From Tubiluchus corallicola (lineage: Eukaryota; Animalia; Priapulida), in NCBI GenBank assembly GCA_030141605.1, contig JAQGDQ010000695.1, forward strand, positions 1-64,000: DNA of 64,000 nucleotides, written 5' to 3'. The translations under genes and the position numbers were made by a program. Shown here in pieces: positions 14,267-28,577 of the stretch. How positions within the stretch are numbered: position 1 is the stretch's first letter; the number at the start of each line of letters is the position of its first letter. The notes below the pieces were generated by a model. That model was not told where the DNA came from. It ran no database searches and saw only the letters and a program-made list of their open reading frames with translations.

Positions 14267-17200
14267 CGGACTTCCGAACACAGCTAGAAGAGTGGACATG
14301 AGTTGTATGGACACGAGATTTCCATGCACGAGGTTTGACGAATGGAAACTGAATGCGGACTTCCGAACACAGCTAGAAGAGTGGACATGAGTTGTATGGA
14401 CATGAGATTTCCATGCACGAGGTTTGACGAATAGAAACTGAATGCGGACTTCCGAACACAGCTAGAAGAGTGGACATGAGTAGTATGGGCACAAGATTTC
14501 CATGCACGAGGTTTGACGAATAGAAACTGAATACGGACTTCCGAACACAGCTAGAAGAGTGGACATGAGTTACATGGACACGAGATGTCCATGCACGAGG
14601 TTTGATGAATGGAAACTGAGTACGGACTTCCCGAACACAGCTAGAAGAGTGGACATGAGTTACATGGACACGAGATTTCGATGCACGAGGTTTGACGAAT
14701 AGAAACTGAATACGGACTTCCGAACACAGCTAGAAGAGTGGACATGAGTTATATGGACACGAGATGTCCATGCACGAGGTTTGACGAATGGAAACTGAGT
14801 ACGGACTTCCAAACACAGCTACAAGAGTGGACATGAGTTACATGGACACGAGATGTCCATGCACGAGGTTTGACGAATGGAAACTGAGTACGGACTTCCG
14901 AACACAGCTTGAAGAGTGGACATGAGATTTCGATGCACGAGGTTTGACGAATAGAAACTGAATACGGACTTCCCGAACACAGGTAGAAGAGTGGACAAGA
15001 GTTACATGGACACGAGATTTCCATGCACGAGGTTTGACGAATGGAAACTGAGTACGGACTTCCGAACACAGCTTGAAGAGTGGACATGAGTTGTATGGAC
15101 ACGAGATTTCCATGCACGAGGTTTGACGAATAGAAACTGAGTACGGACTTCCCGAACACAGGTAGAAGAGTGGACATGAGTTGTATGGACACGAGATGTC
15201 CATGCATGAGGTTTGACGAATGGAAACTGAATACGGACTTCCGAACACAGCTCGAAGAGTGGACATGAGTTGTATGGACACGAGATGTCCATGCACGAGG
15301 TTTGACGAATAGAAACTGAATACGGACTTCCGAACACAGCTAGAAGAGTGGACATGAGTAGTATGGACACGAGATTTCGATGCACGAGGTTTGATGAATG
15401 GAAACTGAGTACGGACTTCCGAACACAGCTAGAAGAGTGGACATGAGTTACATGGACACGAGATTTCCATGCACGAGGTTTGACGAATGGAAACTGGATA
15501 CGGACTTCTGAACACAGCTACAAGAGTGGACATGAGTTACATGGACACGAGATTTCCATGCACGAGGTTTGACGAATAGAAACTGAATACGGACTTCCGA
15601 ACACAGCTAGAAGAGTGGACATGAGTTGTATGGACACGAGATTTCCATGCACGAGGATTCACGAATGGAAACTGGATACGGACTTCCGAACACAGCTAGA
15701 AGAGTGGACATGAGTTGTATGGACACAAGATTTCCATGCACGAGGATTGACGAATGGAAACTGAGTACGGACGTCCGAACACAGCTAGAAGAGTGGACAT
15801 GAGTTGTATGGACACGAGATTTCCATGCACGAGGATTGACGAATGGAAACTGGGTACGGACTTCTGAACACAGCTAGAAGAGTGGACATGAGTTACATGG
15901 ACACGAGATTTCCATGCAAGAGGTTTGACGAATAGAAACTGAATACGGACTTCCGAACACAGCTAGAAGAGTGGACATGAGTTGTATGGACACGAGATTT
16001 CCATGCACAAGGTTTGATGAATGGAAACTGAATACGGACTTCCGAACACAGCTAGAAGAGTGGACATGACTTACATGGACACGAGATTTCCATGCACGAG
16101 GTTTGACGAATGGAAACTGAGTACGGACGTCCGAACACAGCTAGAAGAGTGGACATGAGTTGTATGGACACGAGATTTCCATGCACGAGGATTGACGAAT
16201 GGAAACTGGGTACGGACTTCTGAACACAGCTAGAAGAGTGGACATGAGTTACATGGACACGAGATGTCCATGCACGAGGTTTGACGAATGGAAACTGAGT
16301 ACGGACGTCCGAACACAGCTAGAAGAGTGGACATGAGTTGTATGGACACGAGATTTCCATGCAAGAGGTTTGACGAATAGAAACTGAATACGGACTTCCG
16401 AACACAGCTAGAAGAGTGGACATGAGTTGTATGGACACGAGATTTCCATGCACAAGGTTTGATGAATGGAAACTGAATACGGACTTCCGAACACAGCTAG
16501 AAGAGTGGACATGACTTACATGGACACGAGATTTCCATGCACGAGGTTTGACGAATGGAAACTGAGTACGGACTGCCGAACACAGCTAGAAGAGTGGACA
16601 TGAGTTACATGGACACAAGATTTCCATGCACGAGGTTTGACGAATGGAAACTGAGTACGGACTTCCGAACACAGCTTGAAGAGTGGACATGAGTTACATG
16701 GACACGAGATTTCCATGCACGAGGTTTGACGAATGGAAACTGGATACGGAGTTCCGAACACAGCTAGAAGAGTGGACATGAGTTGTATGGACACGAGATT
16801 TCCATGCACGAGGTTTGACGAATGGAAACTGAGTACGGACTTCCGAACACAGCTAGAAGAGTGAACATGAGTTGTATGGACACGAGATTTCAATGCACGA
16901 GGTTTGACGAATGGAAACTGAATACGGACTTCCGAACACAGCTAGAAGAGTGGACATGAGTTGTATGGACACGAGATTTCCATGCACGAGGTTTGACGAA
17001 TGGAAACTGAATACGGACGTCCGAACACAGCTAGAAGAGTGGACATAAGTTGTATGGACACGAGATTTCCATGCACGAGGATTGACGAATGGAAACTGGA
17101 TACGGACTTCTGAACACAGCTAGAAGAGTGGACATGAGTTGTATGGACACGAGATTTCCATGCACGAGGTTTGACGAATGGAAACTGAATACGGACTTCC

Positions 17201-17460
17201 GAACACAGCTAGAAGAGTGGACATAAGTTGTATGGACACGAGATTTCCATGCACGAGGTTTGACGAATAGAAACTGAGTACGGACTTCCCGAACACAGCT
17301 AGAAGAGTGGACATAAGTTGTATGGACACGAGATTTCCATGCACGAGGTTTGACGAATAGAAACTGAGTACGGACTTCCCGAACACAGCTAGAAGAGTGG
17401 ACATGAGTTGTATGGACACGAGATTTCAATGCACGAGGTTTGACGAATAGAAACTGAATA
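14267..17460. repeat. 89-bp satellite, ~36 copies
   Basis: CGGACTTCCGAACACAGCTAGAAGAGTGGACATGAGTTGTATGGACACGAGATTTCCATGCACGAGGTTTGACGAATGGAAACTGAATA. Confidence 0.97.
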
Positions 17461-17664
17461 GACCTTGTTTTGAATTATTAATATACACATGATATGCCTG
17501 GGGAACTAACACATATGACATTGACCTGCACTGGTTAAATCTCTGGGTCTGCCTGACATAAACTAGAATAGTTGAAGCCAGATTTAACATTGATAAGGAA
17601 CAAGATGTCTGAGTGGTGACAAAATTCTGTATGCAGAGTAGAATATGTAACAGACTAGATGAAT

Positions 17665-18003
17665 AGTTCAAGCTAGAAGTGACATTGACAAAGAATCAGC
17701 TTTTGTCTGAGTGGTGAGGAAGCCATGTACGGAGACTAGATGTGTTCATAAACTTGAACAGTTCAAGCTAGAAGTGAGATTGACAAAGAATCAGCTTTTG
17801 TCTGAGTGGTGAGGAAGCCATGTACGGAGACTAGATGTGTTCATAAACTTGAACAGTTCAAGCTAGAAGTGACATTGACAAAGAATCAGCTTTTGTCTGA
17901 GTGGTGAGGAAGCCATGTACGGAGACTAGATGTGTTCATAAACTTGAACAGTTCAAGCTAGAAGTGAGATTGATAAAAAATCAGCTTTTGTCTGAGTGGT
18001 GAT
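17665..18003. repeat. 95-bp tandem repeat, ~3.5 copies
   Basis: AGTTCAAGCTAGAAGTGA.ATTGACAAAGAATCAGCTTTTG... at 17665, 17760, 17855 and 17950. Confidence 0.9.
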
Positions 18004-18517
18004 AGAATCCCATGTGGAAACTAGAAGTCACAAATTGAACAGAAAGAGTAGTTCAAGCTACATGGGACACCGATAAAGAACCAGATGTTGTCCAAGTGAT
18101 GACAAAGCCCTGTAACACACTTGAACAGTACAAGCTAGATACGACAATGGTAGAATGGTGACCCGATTTGACAGAGTCTTATTTTTAACTGCTGAGTCGC
18201 CAACACAGCCCTGATGCAGTCTAGATGTAAAGCGGGCTAGTATGCCTAGTACATACAAATGACAAAACATTTCATGGATCTACATTGCTTGCTGTGCTAA
18301 CTAAGATGCGTGTTCGGTGCAAAATAGACCAGTGGAGACCCCATCTAATGTGACACGACCTTGCACAGTTAAAAATGGACGAGAGTTGCATTACCGCCAT
18401 GCACAGAGGAGTCTAAGTGCAGTACGGATTGTACGACGATAGAAGTTTGTAGTGACATGGAGCTCCTGCACTAATTCTAAGCAGACATGCACAATTTGAT
18501 CGAATGATGCTGGTCCA

Positions 18518-18730
18518 CAGGGCCGGCCTTAAGCATAGGCAAACTAGGCAACCGCCTAGGGCCTCACCCTCCAGGGGGGCCTCACGCCGAGGTAACATTT
18601 TTTTGCTTTATACGAACATACTGCCTCCTCTCTCTCTCTCTCTTTCTTTCTCTCTATCTCTCTCTCTCATTCTCTCTCTCTCTTCATCTCTCTATCTCTA
18701 TCTCTCTTTTCATCTCCCTATCACCATCTC

Positions 18731-18763
<33 letters not shown>

Positions 18764-18780
18764 TCATCTCCCTATCACCA

Positions 18781-18815
<35 letters not shown>

Positions 18816-18897
18816 TTATTCTTTTTATTTTTCTATTTCACTTGGGGCCACCAAATTCACTTCGCCTAGGGCCTCCAATTACCTAAGGCCGACCCTG
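18518..18897 (+). mobile_element. hAT-like MITE with internal (CT)n tract
   Basis: TIR CAGGGCCGGCCTTA...TAAGGCCGACCCTG; second copy at 61498-61970. Confidence 0.75.
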
Positions 18898-19021
18898 ATG
18901 CTGGATGTGATACTGCCAAACCTAAACCTAGATCAGCATGCTATGCAGCTCGCTACACTTGCAAACTTACGGAAGGCGAGGTCGAAAGCGAAAGAGGCGC
19001 TCTTTCACTGACTTCTTTTTC

Positions 19022-20273
19022 CTATCCATGTATCACGGGTGTCGGTTTCCAACGACTAGCAGCGACTGCAAGTCTTAAAAAAGAATCTTATGTTAAAATA
19101 AGTACATCCATAATGCTGCTGGTGCTAGTTCTGTTAATAAGCCTTTTCACAGTTTGTCACATAATGTGTGTGTAAAGCAAAGCCATCTGCCACATCAGTT
19201 CAGTTCTTTTAATAAGCCTTTTCACAGTTTGTTGTGCACACACGCAGTTGCTGTAGGTCAAAAGTTAAGTGTGCCACAGCAATGCATCTTAACAACAACT
19301 GCCACGTGACATGTGGGTAAAGCAAAGCCGCCTGCTGCCTCATTTCAGTAACTTCAGTTTTTTTACATTGACTTTACTTAATTATGCATTAGTCTGTGCG
19401 TAGAGTGATTTACTAGCAGGATCTTGCTTGGGAACAACAAACAATGAACTAGGTAAGGTTGTAGCTAGCTGTTAAAACTGTTAGTATTACAATGGCATGG
19501 GCTGCAAGGCGTTGTCAAGCGTACACAAATGTGTTGTTTGGTAAAATTAACCTTTGTCATATTCACGAGCACCATCAATCACTGGAACTGTGAAAAGGCT
19601 TATTAAATTTTTAAATTTTGTGCACATACATTAAGTTCTAAAAGTTAGATACTTGATAATGTCGGTAACTGCAGCACACACAGACTGTTAGACTGAATAC
19701 TAAAGTACTACTATAAACACTATAGAAATTTAGAAGGACAGAAACGCTCAGAAAATTAACAGTCATTTTTATTAATATTTAACAGTGAAAGGTAAGCTTG
19801 AAAATAAGATAGTGCTCTCTTGAGACTTGACATGGTGACAAGATGACAAAATGACTGTTAAATCTCAAAAGCTTCTACTTTAAACATTCATACTTCACGG
19901 ACGTCGCCAGCTGAAGATCTATTAGTCTGGCCTAAATCTTGAAAAACTGTCAGCTGAAACTACTATGGACAGGATTATTAAAGAACGTTGGAAAGAGATG
20001 ATATTTAGTTTTATACATGTATGTAGCTGTATTCATGTGTATTATATCATCAACAACTAAAATTTTATTAGTTTTAAAACATGTTAAACTAAAATGTTCT
20101 CTTTTTCTAAGATTACAGGTGATTCTAAGAAATTTTCTTTGGATAACTCGTAAATAATAATAATTAATTGTGAATTTTTTCTAACGTACTTTTACACGAT
20201 ACTCATTGAAATTTGTTTCAAATGGTGTGAAACACATTGGTCTTCGTCGTAAATTAATGAAGCTTGCCGACAT
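19022..20273 (-). CDS. Candidate 3-exon small ORF (~57 aa), unknown product
   Basis: Exons 20273-20190, 19931-19894 and 19073-19022, with GT-AG sites and consistent phases, give MSASFINLRRRPMCFTPFETNFNEYRVKARLIDLQLATSVKLAVAASRWKPTPVIHG*. Start context is aaaatcATGtcg. No homology recognised. Confidence 0.3.
19136..19606. mobile_element. MITE (TIR TAATAAGCCTTTTCACAGTT)
   Basis: Inverted ends, with the left end duplicated at ~19136 and ~19210; homologous body at 46495-46870 and a fragment at ~63245-63295. Confidence 0.7.
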
Positions 20274-20350
20274 GATTTTACGTACATAAATGTATAACAC
20301 TATCACTGGAAGCACCCACGTGCACAACAAAACATTAAGTAAACACCCCC

Positions 20351-20367
20351 TACTGCCATCTGCTGGA
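20351..20367 (-). promoter_or_regulatory. CTCF-like motif
   Basis: CCAGCAGATGGCAGTA on the minus strand closely matches the CTCF core consensus. Confidence 0.45.
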
Positions 20368-20561
20368 CGCGATTGCAATTACGCATATAGAAATTTTGTA
20401 AACATTTACGATACTGAAAATTCATATAAAAGTTGTTTATACAAAACAAATATATATGTTATCACTAAAGTTAAGAGTGAAAAAAATTGATGATAGACGG
20501 GAATTATCCGTGTAACACGAAGCATTTGATTATCATAATAAGCCGACTAGGTGACTTTATA

Positions 20562-20990
20562 GTCTTTTCACTATCCTTTCTCTAGTTCTAGATCTATCTA
20601 TACATTTTAACCATTTTTCAAAACTTATTAGAGATTCTTTTATTAATCATGTTTTATTGTAGTATTATAAAGAGATAAATAAATTACAATTGAATTGAGT
20701 TGTCTTTTCGCTATCCTTTCTCTAGTTCTAGATCTATCTATACATTTTAACAATTCTTCAAAACTTATTAGCGATTCTTTTATTAATCACGTTTTATTGT
20801 AGTATTATAAATAGATAAATAAATTACAATTGAAATGAGTTGAATTGTCTTTTCGCTATCCTTTCTCTAGTTCTAGATCTTTCTATACATTTTAACCATT
20901 CTTCAAAACTTATTAGCGATTCTTTTATTAATCATGTTTTACTGTAGTATTATAAAGAGATAAATAAACCAGAATCGAATTGAATTGAAT
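20562..20990. repeat. 140-145-bp tandem triplication
   Basis: GTCTTTTCGCTATCCTTTCTCTAGTTCTAGATCT... three times. Confidence 0.9.
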
Positions 20991-21309
20991 TGCAATTTCA
21001 AGCTACAGCTCAAAACAATCAACCCTACAAAAGGGGGAACACTATTTTTGCAAGAATGACTTACATGAAAGCATTATTACCACATTAGATTAAACAATAC
21101 AAGCTACACAACTATGTTGTTATAGATTCTTTATAAGCTAGCACAAGACTTTCTAATATAGACTGGGACACTACAAGCACTCAATCGCAAGTGCTCTCCA
21201 ATGCAGACGACTATCACACAGCCACAATTTATCTGACTGCCATGGAAATTATTTTAATAATCTTGTAAGATAAGACAGATGTTGAACCACCAAAATTGTC
21301 TTCGCCATA

Positions 21310-21638
21310 CAGTCGACCGTCGTTAAACCGGACCCCGTTAGCCCGGATATCGGATAAGACGGCGTCATCCGTGGTAAAGGAAACTGACCGATTTCCGTCG
21401 GAGCCCGAGCGCTAAACACAACACGGCCTACCAACTGTACAATAATTTCTTTATCCTCACAGGTTAACTATTTTAAATTAATATACAGTATAGAATATAG
21501 TGCAATGTATATAGGCCTTATTAAGGAGATTATTCCTGTATAATATAGACCATATATAGGCATATCGGATAAATCGGACAATCGGGTAAACTGGACCACC
21601 CACCCCCCTAATTAGTCCGATTTAACGAGGGTTGACTG
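21310..21638 (+). mobile_element. Tc1/mariner-pogo-type MITE family A, copy 1
   Basis: TA|CAGTCGACC.TCGTTAAACCGG...TTTAACGAGGGTTGACTG|TA; near-identical copies at 33780-34110 and 42260-42612. Confidence 0.88.
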
Positions 21639-21889
21639 TATTTAGATACATACAGGTGCTCTCCTAATGAAATAAAAACTAAAAATCACAGGCAGTATAA
21701 CTGAAGATACCATCCTCAAGCAGTATACCTGGTGACCACCCATCCATTTATTGACTAGGCTCAGCATTGCTTTATTGCAAGTGTACACACTAAGCTAGAG
21801 CATACTAAAAATACTATGTCGACTGCATTCTAGTAATTGTGAATTGTAACAGGAATTCAAGTGCAATAAACTGCAAATGCGCCACTTCA

Positions 21890-23962
21890 TTCACTGGTTT
21901 TCCGTAAGGCAGCAATTAAAAATACGGATCCGTGTCTCGAAAGCATTCACTAGAAAATACGGATCGATCCGTACCGCGAAATATATTAATGAGACAATAC
22001 GGATCGCCGTAAAGGGAGAGATACTGACGAGAAACTACTAAGGATCTCTGTCAGAGATGGGCGGGTATCACTTTTTTACGGATCGCCATCAGAGGTGGGC
22101 GGATATCACTTTCTTGTTTATCAGAAAACGCAAAATCCGCAACTGTAAATAAATGCATCCGCAAAATCCGCGAATTGAGTAAAATTGAATATCCTCGTAT
22201 CCGCAAAAATGTGGACAAGAAATTTACTAGGCTTGGTATGTGTGCCCTATTATTGAAAACCGTTTCTTAATGTGAAGCTAGGAGATATAATCGCAAATCA
22301 AAAATGAATTGCTAGCCAGACCCCAATTTTGCTTGTAAACCTTCGACGACAACTCACACAGGTTCATGTACAAAGCAGTTTTTCACAGTGATGGTGGTAG
22401 ATTTTGCCAGACATGTTGGTCAATACTAGAGTTGCTAAATACGTACTAGATACTAAGCAAATACAGCATTTTTCTAAAATATTTCGAATCATTATGAACT
22501 GATCATTTTAGTTCATAACTAATTTGTACGACATTCAATCAAATTAATAAGATTAGTTAAATTATCAAACAAGACTTATTTACAGCGTGATTTTGTATTC
22601 AGTAAAGTTTAGAACTGCAGAATTAATGATGTAAAAATAGGCAATTCATTACAGATTATAAGCAAGTTGATAAGACTGATTGAGTGCAGTTGACTTGATG
22701 TTTCAACTCAATATGAAGTGGATTAATGTGACAATCGAACGTAATTATACTTACTGCAGCCTTTAGTTAAATGCAAATTAGTAGAATGGCCTTTTTACAT
22801 GTTTTAATAGAAATGACGTATAAAACACTATAAAAATTGAGTCATTGAATATGGCAGTCATTGATTGTAGTACAGCTTTGATAAACAAAATAATAAAATA
22901 ACTAATTAGTATGAGACCTGGCTCACAAAGATGCTTTAAAATGTTTACAATGACAAACAAAATAATAAGTTAAACAAGTAATATTGGCACGTTATAATCT
23001 GAACAGCATAAATAATTTGGCAACAGGTGCATGTGACAGTTTAGCAGCTCTTCAAATTCTACTTACTGTATATCACATAAAGACTAAAAATTTTTGCTAT
23101 GTTCGAGAAGTCAGTAAATCACAACCCAAAACTAAGGAAAAATACAGTTAGTAGGTTATCACATTCACAATACTCTGTAGAAAAAAACACGGGCTACTAG
23201 TTCATCATATTACGACGCTTATCGTAAACCAGATTATTCTACCATATTCAGTGTACGGGCCGTTTTGAAAATCGATACTACGTGACATAATAAATTATTT
23301 ACACATCTATTGTGTAGACTATTTCATCATATAATTCTTAAAATTGGCAAAAAATGTCTAATACAAATAGTTCACCCGCGCGAAAACACTTAAACGAAGA
23401 ATGTTCATATTGAGATCATAACCTAAGATACCCAATAATAATAAACGTCTATCTACTTTATTATAGGGCAGTATCAAGTTTAGTGTAAGTTATGAGAACC
23501 GAGACTCGGGCTATACATGAAGAAGGTAGTTAGCTGGTCTACTACACATCAAAATATTAAAGTTTTTTGTAACAATAAACAAAATAAATTAAACAAACTA
23601 TTAATTGGTAGCTGATGCAATGCACAGCACTATATCAAAGCTAACAATATGCAAGACAATAAAAGAAGACTAACTAATATTTACAGTGTAACTATCATAT
23701 ATGGTACCGAAGAAAAATGGAAAATGGTACGGTACAGGCAGTATAATGCCATTTCACCATTTTCATCAAGTGGGCATGTACTTTTCAAAGATTTGCAGGG
23801 CACATGATCAAACGCTGTATGTTGTAAAAATTGTCAAAATCCCTGTTTTGTAAATGTCACAAAAAGCACGGCTCCGTATTTGTTGCAAAAATAGCTACGA
23901 ATACGGATCCCGTATTCGGTATCGCAGAAAGGACGAGTACGGATCCGTACCTCTAGCCACTG
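21890..23962. mobile_element. Degenerate hAT-like element remnants
   Basis: Clusters of TACGGATC subterminal-like repeats at both ends, CAGAG(A/G)TGGGCGG termini at ~22052/22090 and a CTCTAGCCACTG end; no intact ORF. Confidence 0.35.
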
Positions 23963-24599
23963 CCTTTCCGTAAATTAAACAATTTTTTTGTTTTCCGACA
24001 GGCTGCCAGACTATGTGGTGAGTGAAATAAACGTGACTTCTGACGCTATGGTGAGTTAATGCAATGCAGATCTGAAAACTTTTATAAACGATTGCATTGT
24101 AAATGGAACGACTCTTGCCGGTAATAACAGTACAATATTATTACAACTAATACTATAACAGAAGTAGGCCAACTGGTCAAGGTAAACAAATCCTGGACTA
24201 CAAGAAGGGTTACAATAATTTTACGTCCTTACCTCCTTCATTATTTAATTCACATTGGTTTCAACTTTTTTATGCAAAATCCAAAATTAAAACAGTTTAG
24301 GAAATTTGTTCCAAAATTATTGCTAATTTTCCAAACTTTCACGAAAACTGTAAACTGCAACAACATCCATCGTTAACGACTAACGAGTGACCATGACGTC
24401 ACTCCTAACAGACTTAGTCGTTCATTTGCGAAAATCAGTCATCATTTCGGAGTAATTTCATGTTAAAATTATCTAAGGGACTGATCAGTGACCAGTGTGG
24501 CTATCTAAAATTTGAGGATGAATGGCTACATCTGTATCATGAGCATACTGCACAGCACACCCCTTAGTGATATTTAGCTGGTTTTTTTGTATTTGCTTT

Positions 24600-25860
24600 A
24601 ACATTTTTAAGTCCTTAGATGTGAAGGCGCTACATTTGTATGCCATATCGTCTTATGTATCTCTGTTCAGCAAGCAAGAATAATGTTGAACAAGACTGCG
24701 TGACACCAGGTGCAATGCTGAATAGTGCATATATTACTGAGGTCGTGGTATCAGTGTGTGTACATGACTTGCATATCTGTTCAAGGAATGTTGTTGGGCA
24801 GCTGAATAATAATGTTACTCCATTACAACAAACAACAAGTCTCGGTATGTGTACCTGTTGACAGCATCAAATGCTTTTTCAGAACCTGTAATGGCTAACC
24901 TTAGTTGTTCGTGCTGCTTTAGGTTTTTGTTAAACAGTAAAATTTTTAGACACGAATTGCATTTCCTGCTAGACATGCTTTGTCTCACTCTGATCTCATG
25001 CTGAGCTTCTAGGAGTAGTCTATGACCAGGAGTCTGTTAGTCTATTCAGAAGTAGGTTTCCAGAAACAACGAGGGAAAAATGTCCAAGTGAATTTTTGTT
25101 TTTCAGCTGCTTTGTTGCATTTTGAATTTCTTGTAATGTTGGTGGCTCATCCATTTCATATTATTAATTTTGCGACAGTTTACATAAATGCAGATGGATT
25201 TATGTCATACATTTGGATTGTTTAGAAGTCCAGTAGAAAGTACAGTGTATCTTGCCTGGCATTCTTTATCAGCAAGCCAGTGAATTTTTAAGGCTTATAT
25301 TGTAACCACCAATTAGCCTCTGTTTTCTAATAAGATTCTTTGTTTTACTGTGAAGTTCAACTCGTCAGTACTTATATTCAGGTTTTATGCAATGGTTTGT
25401 CTTAACATGCACCAATAAAGAACCCTGGGGGTGGTCTGGGCAAAGTTTCTCTGCTGATCGTTTGGAAAACTACTGTCTAGCCTCTTTCCATCACTATTTC
25501 TTCTTGTAGAAGGAGTGCACATTAGATTTTCAGCCGTGTTAAGACCAATTATTAATCCAGTGGTCAAGCCAATAGATCGCTCAACCCAGAGTTGTGTGCA
25601 CTTCTTCGGTCTTTCTGTTTGATTGTCTGTTAATGTCCTGATCTTGAATGTTGCCATTCATTAATATTTTTATATTTTGTTCATCAATTTTGAAAGAATG
25701 TAAATTAGCATTCGTAACTGATACCAGCTTTTTTCAGTTCAATATGGTAATATTAACCCACTTGCCTATATTTAATTGCTGACACCGTGTTTTGCCAAAA
25801 CGCTTTTGCCCGGCACACCCATGGTCAGCTCCCACTCCGTTGTTTGTTGGTGGCCACCTC
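24600..25860 (-). mobile_element. Highly degraded RTE-clade LINE remnant (5' region)
   Basis: ORF 25385-25657 begins MATFKIRTLTDNQTERP, resembling the APE endonuclease start (ATFNIRTL..RPE); downstream sequence is heavily disrupted. Confidence 0.5.
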
Positions 25861-28577
25861 AAGAATAATTTTTTCTGCATGTAGCTGTGTGATTGCATTC
25901 ATACCTAGTCTTCACAGAATCTGTATTATAACTTTCGAGCTTTCATCAGCATTGGGTGCATGAAGGTAGCAATGCAAAATGGGGTTACTCTTACTATTTC
26001 ATAGGTCTCTCCTTCTAAAAACTTCTAGTTTGTCATTATTTAATTACCTATATCATAATTTGAGCTTAATTTGTCAAGCTTATTGTCTCTGCTGAAAAGA
26101 ATATATTTATGATATGGTTGAATATTGAATTACTATTGAATTTACTAATGAAATTTACGAGTGCCGCTTTCAAAGATTGACCTAAACATACTGAAAGTGC
26201 ATTGACTGTCAGTAGCTGTCATTGGGTTCTCTGGTGGATTTTTGAAACTGTGCTGAGAACGGGCGCAACTATATAAATTGACTGCATTGCTTGCTTTTTG
26301 TGTATATTTGTTACATTATGATTACTGATTGCTTTTGTTCACCTATTACGCTTAAGACTTACTGCACAAATTTTCTTCCTTTTGTTTTTTTTGTTGTGCA
26401 TTCATTATTTAACTACATTTTCGTTCATTTGCTGCATTTTAGTTCACTCGCTGCATTTATGATTTAACCAGATTGTTTGCTTTTTTGTTGTTGCATTCAT
26501 GACTTGTTCGGTTGTTGTTTTAATTTTTAATTGCATTATTTGCTTGCTTTTTTCCGTTGGTATAATTATAATATAACTGCATTGCATTTTGTTTATTTGC
26601 TACATTTAAGACCTAACCACATATTTATTCACTAAAATATCACTAAAACACAGCAGCTCTTTATCAATATTCAAGTCTAAATTAAAAAAAACATTTAATG
26701 ACTCGTTTTGAATATCCGACATACGAACACGATGATACCTACTCAAACCAAAATTTTATTTTTCCTAGACCGTACTAAACTAGTCTATATTTTTTATTTT
26801 TTGAATTTCTAGTTGCACTTATAGTTTAGCTTGCACCAGACGCATTTGCTCAGAACAGTGTATGTTTTTGTTTTATATGAACTAATACTGATTGTCTGTC
26901 TTGTATTATGATGGTCAATGTTTTAAAATGGCAAATAAAGATTTTACTACTACTACTACTATTCACTTAACCATGTAGTCTGCCGTGCTTTGTAATATTT
27001 CTAAGTTATATAGGGGTGGCTGACTCGATGACCTCCTGGTCTTTCGCCACCGCATCTCTACGTACTTTACACAATTTGTTGGTTTTGCGCTATAAATATT
27101 ATACTAGAGATGAATAAACCCTTGAATTGAATTGAAAATTTGTTTAAAACAGCAACGGTGCATCGGCATATTTGGCAATCAGATATTTACTGGCAATACA
27201 AACACGACAAACAGAAGGGCGCGATTGTAGTGTTGTTCGAGTTGGTTTTTAAGTATTATTCTATAAACTTGTATTAGTAGCTATAAAGGATGAAAAAATC
27301 CTTTGATGTTTGTATTTCCTTTTTATTTTTTAATTAATTTTTGCTTAAGAACAGTGAAGTTTGTCCATGTGAAGATTATCATGGTTTTGTCAGTTGAGCT
27401 ATGTGTATTCTTACTCCTAAGTCCTGGTCCCTTGGACTCTTAACCCTGGCGGTAAAAAGAACGTGACGTAACTGGATATTTGCATTAACCGTTGCCACTA
27501 AAATATACCTAAGATTAAGATAATTTATTTTAGCTTCATGCAAAAATAATGCACAATAATTAAAATAAATAAGTCACAAGAACTTGAAGAAGTAAAATAT
27601 AATACTTTAATACTATATTAGAATAAATAAAGTTGGGGCAACCGAAAAGTCACCTAGTTAGGCTATCCCTAACTTACCCAGAGTTATTATTTTTCTAGCT
27701 TAGGTGATCTTAGCATAGCTTAGTGATCTTAGGTGAGCTTAGCTTAGCTTAGTTGTAATATACATGTACAACATCTTGTATGATTGAAAACAGCAAAAAA
27801 ATAAAATACATTCTGACTCCCCAGAAATACTATACTAAGGTGTTGAAGTTTGCTGCATGGTAGCTAAAAGGGGACCCTGTTAAGCCACCATGAAATGTGA
27901 AATAAGAAATGAAGCAGGTAGATGATGAGAAAAGAAGAGAATAAAGAAGAGCTATGTTGCAGTTAGTAAGAAGAAAAGAGAAAGAAAGAAAAAGTCAAAA
28001 GAAAACAATGGCAATATTCGCATTAGCTGCAACTGAGTTTTGAAAAGAAACCATCGGCGGATGCTAAACAGCTGATACGAATCACCAACTTTTTTAAACT
28101 TTCCCTGATTAAATTTTATTATGGCTCAGGTTGGCAGCAGATGAATGAAATGAGGTAATCAGACGAATGCTACTAGATAATTATACATTGTCCATTACAT
28201 TCCTCGTCAGAAATTTTAGTCCTTTGGATTGCGGTAAGAGGTGCAACATAAAACTGTTAGGCCTGGCCTGTTTTTGGGCTGTAATTCTTGTGATGATATG
28301 AAAGCCGAGAATACGAGATTGCAAGTAAAGTTGCAAGTAACAACTGTGCGTAGTGGAAAACTCGCCATGTCACGTGAAAACCGAATTTGAAGCTCATCAA
28401 TAATAAACAAATACTAAGTAGACCTAGTACAGCACATTCCAGAAGATTACAAGCATTTAAGCCTCTCAAAAAAATACACTCAAATGCAAAAGTGGAGCCG
28501 TGGCTCCCACCCCGCTGGGGGTGTCTACAGTGCTCCCCATACCCCCTAACTGAATTGCAGTCACTAGTCATTTCGTT

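Noticed and set aside
14267-17460. CRISPR-like regularity in this and the other arrays, and ORFs within them
   Set aside because: Head-to-tail units with no unique spacers, no cas genes, eukaryotic context
19950-20052. Possible C/D snoRNA (TGATGA...CTGA, minus strand)
   Set aside because: No convincing terminal stem or recognisable rRNA antisense element
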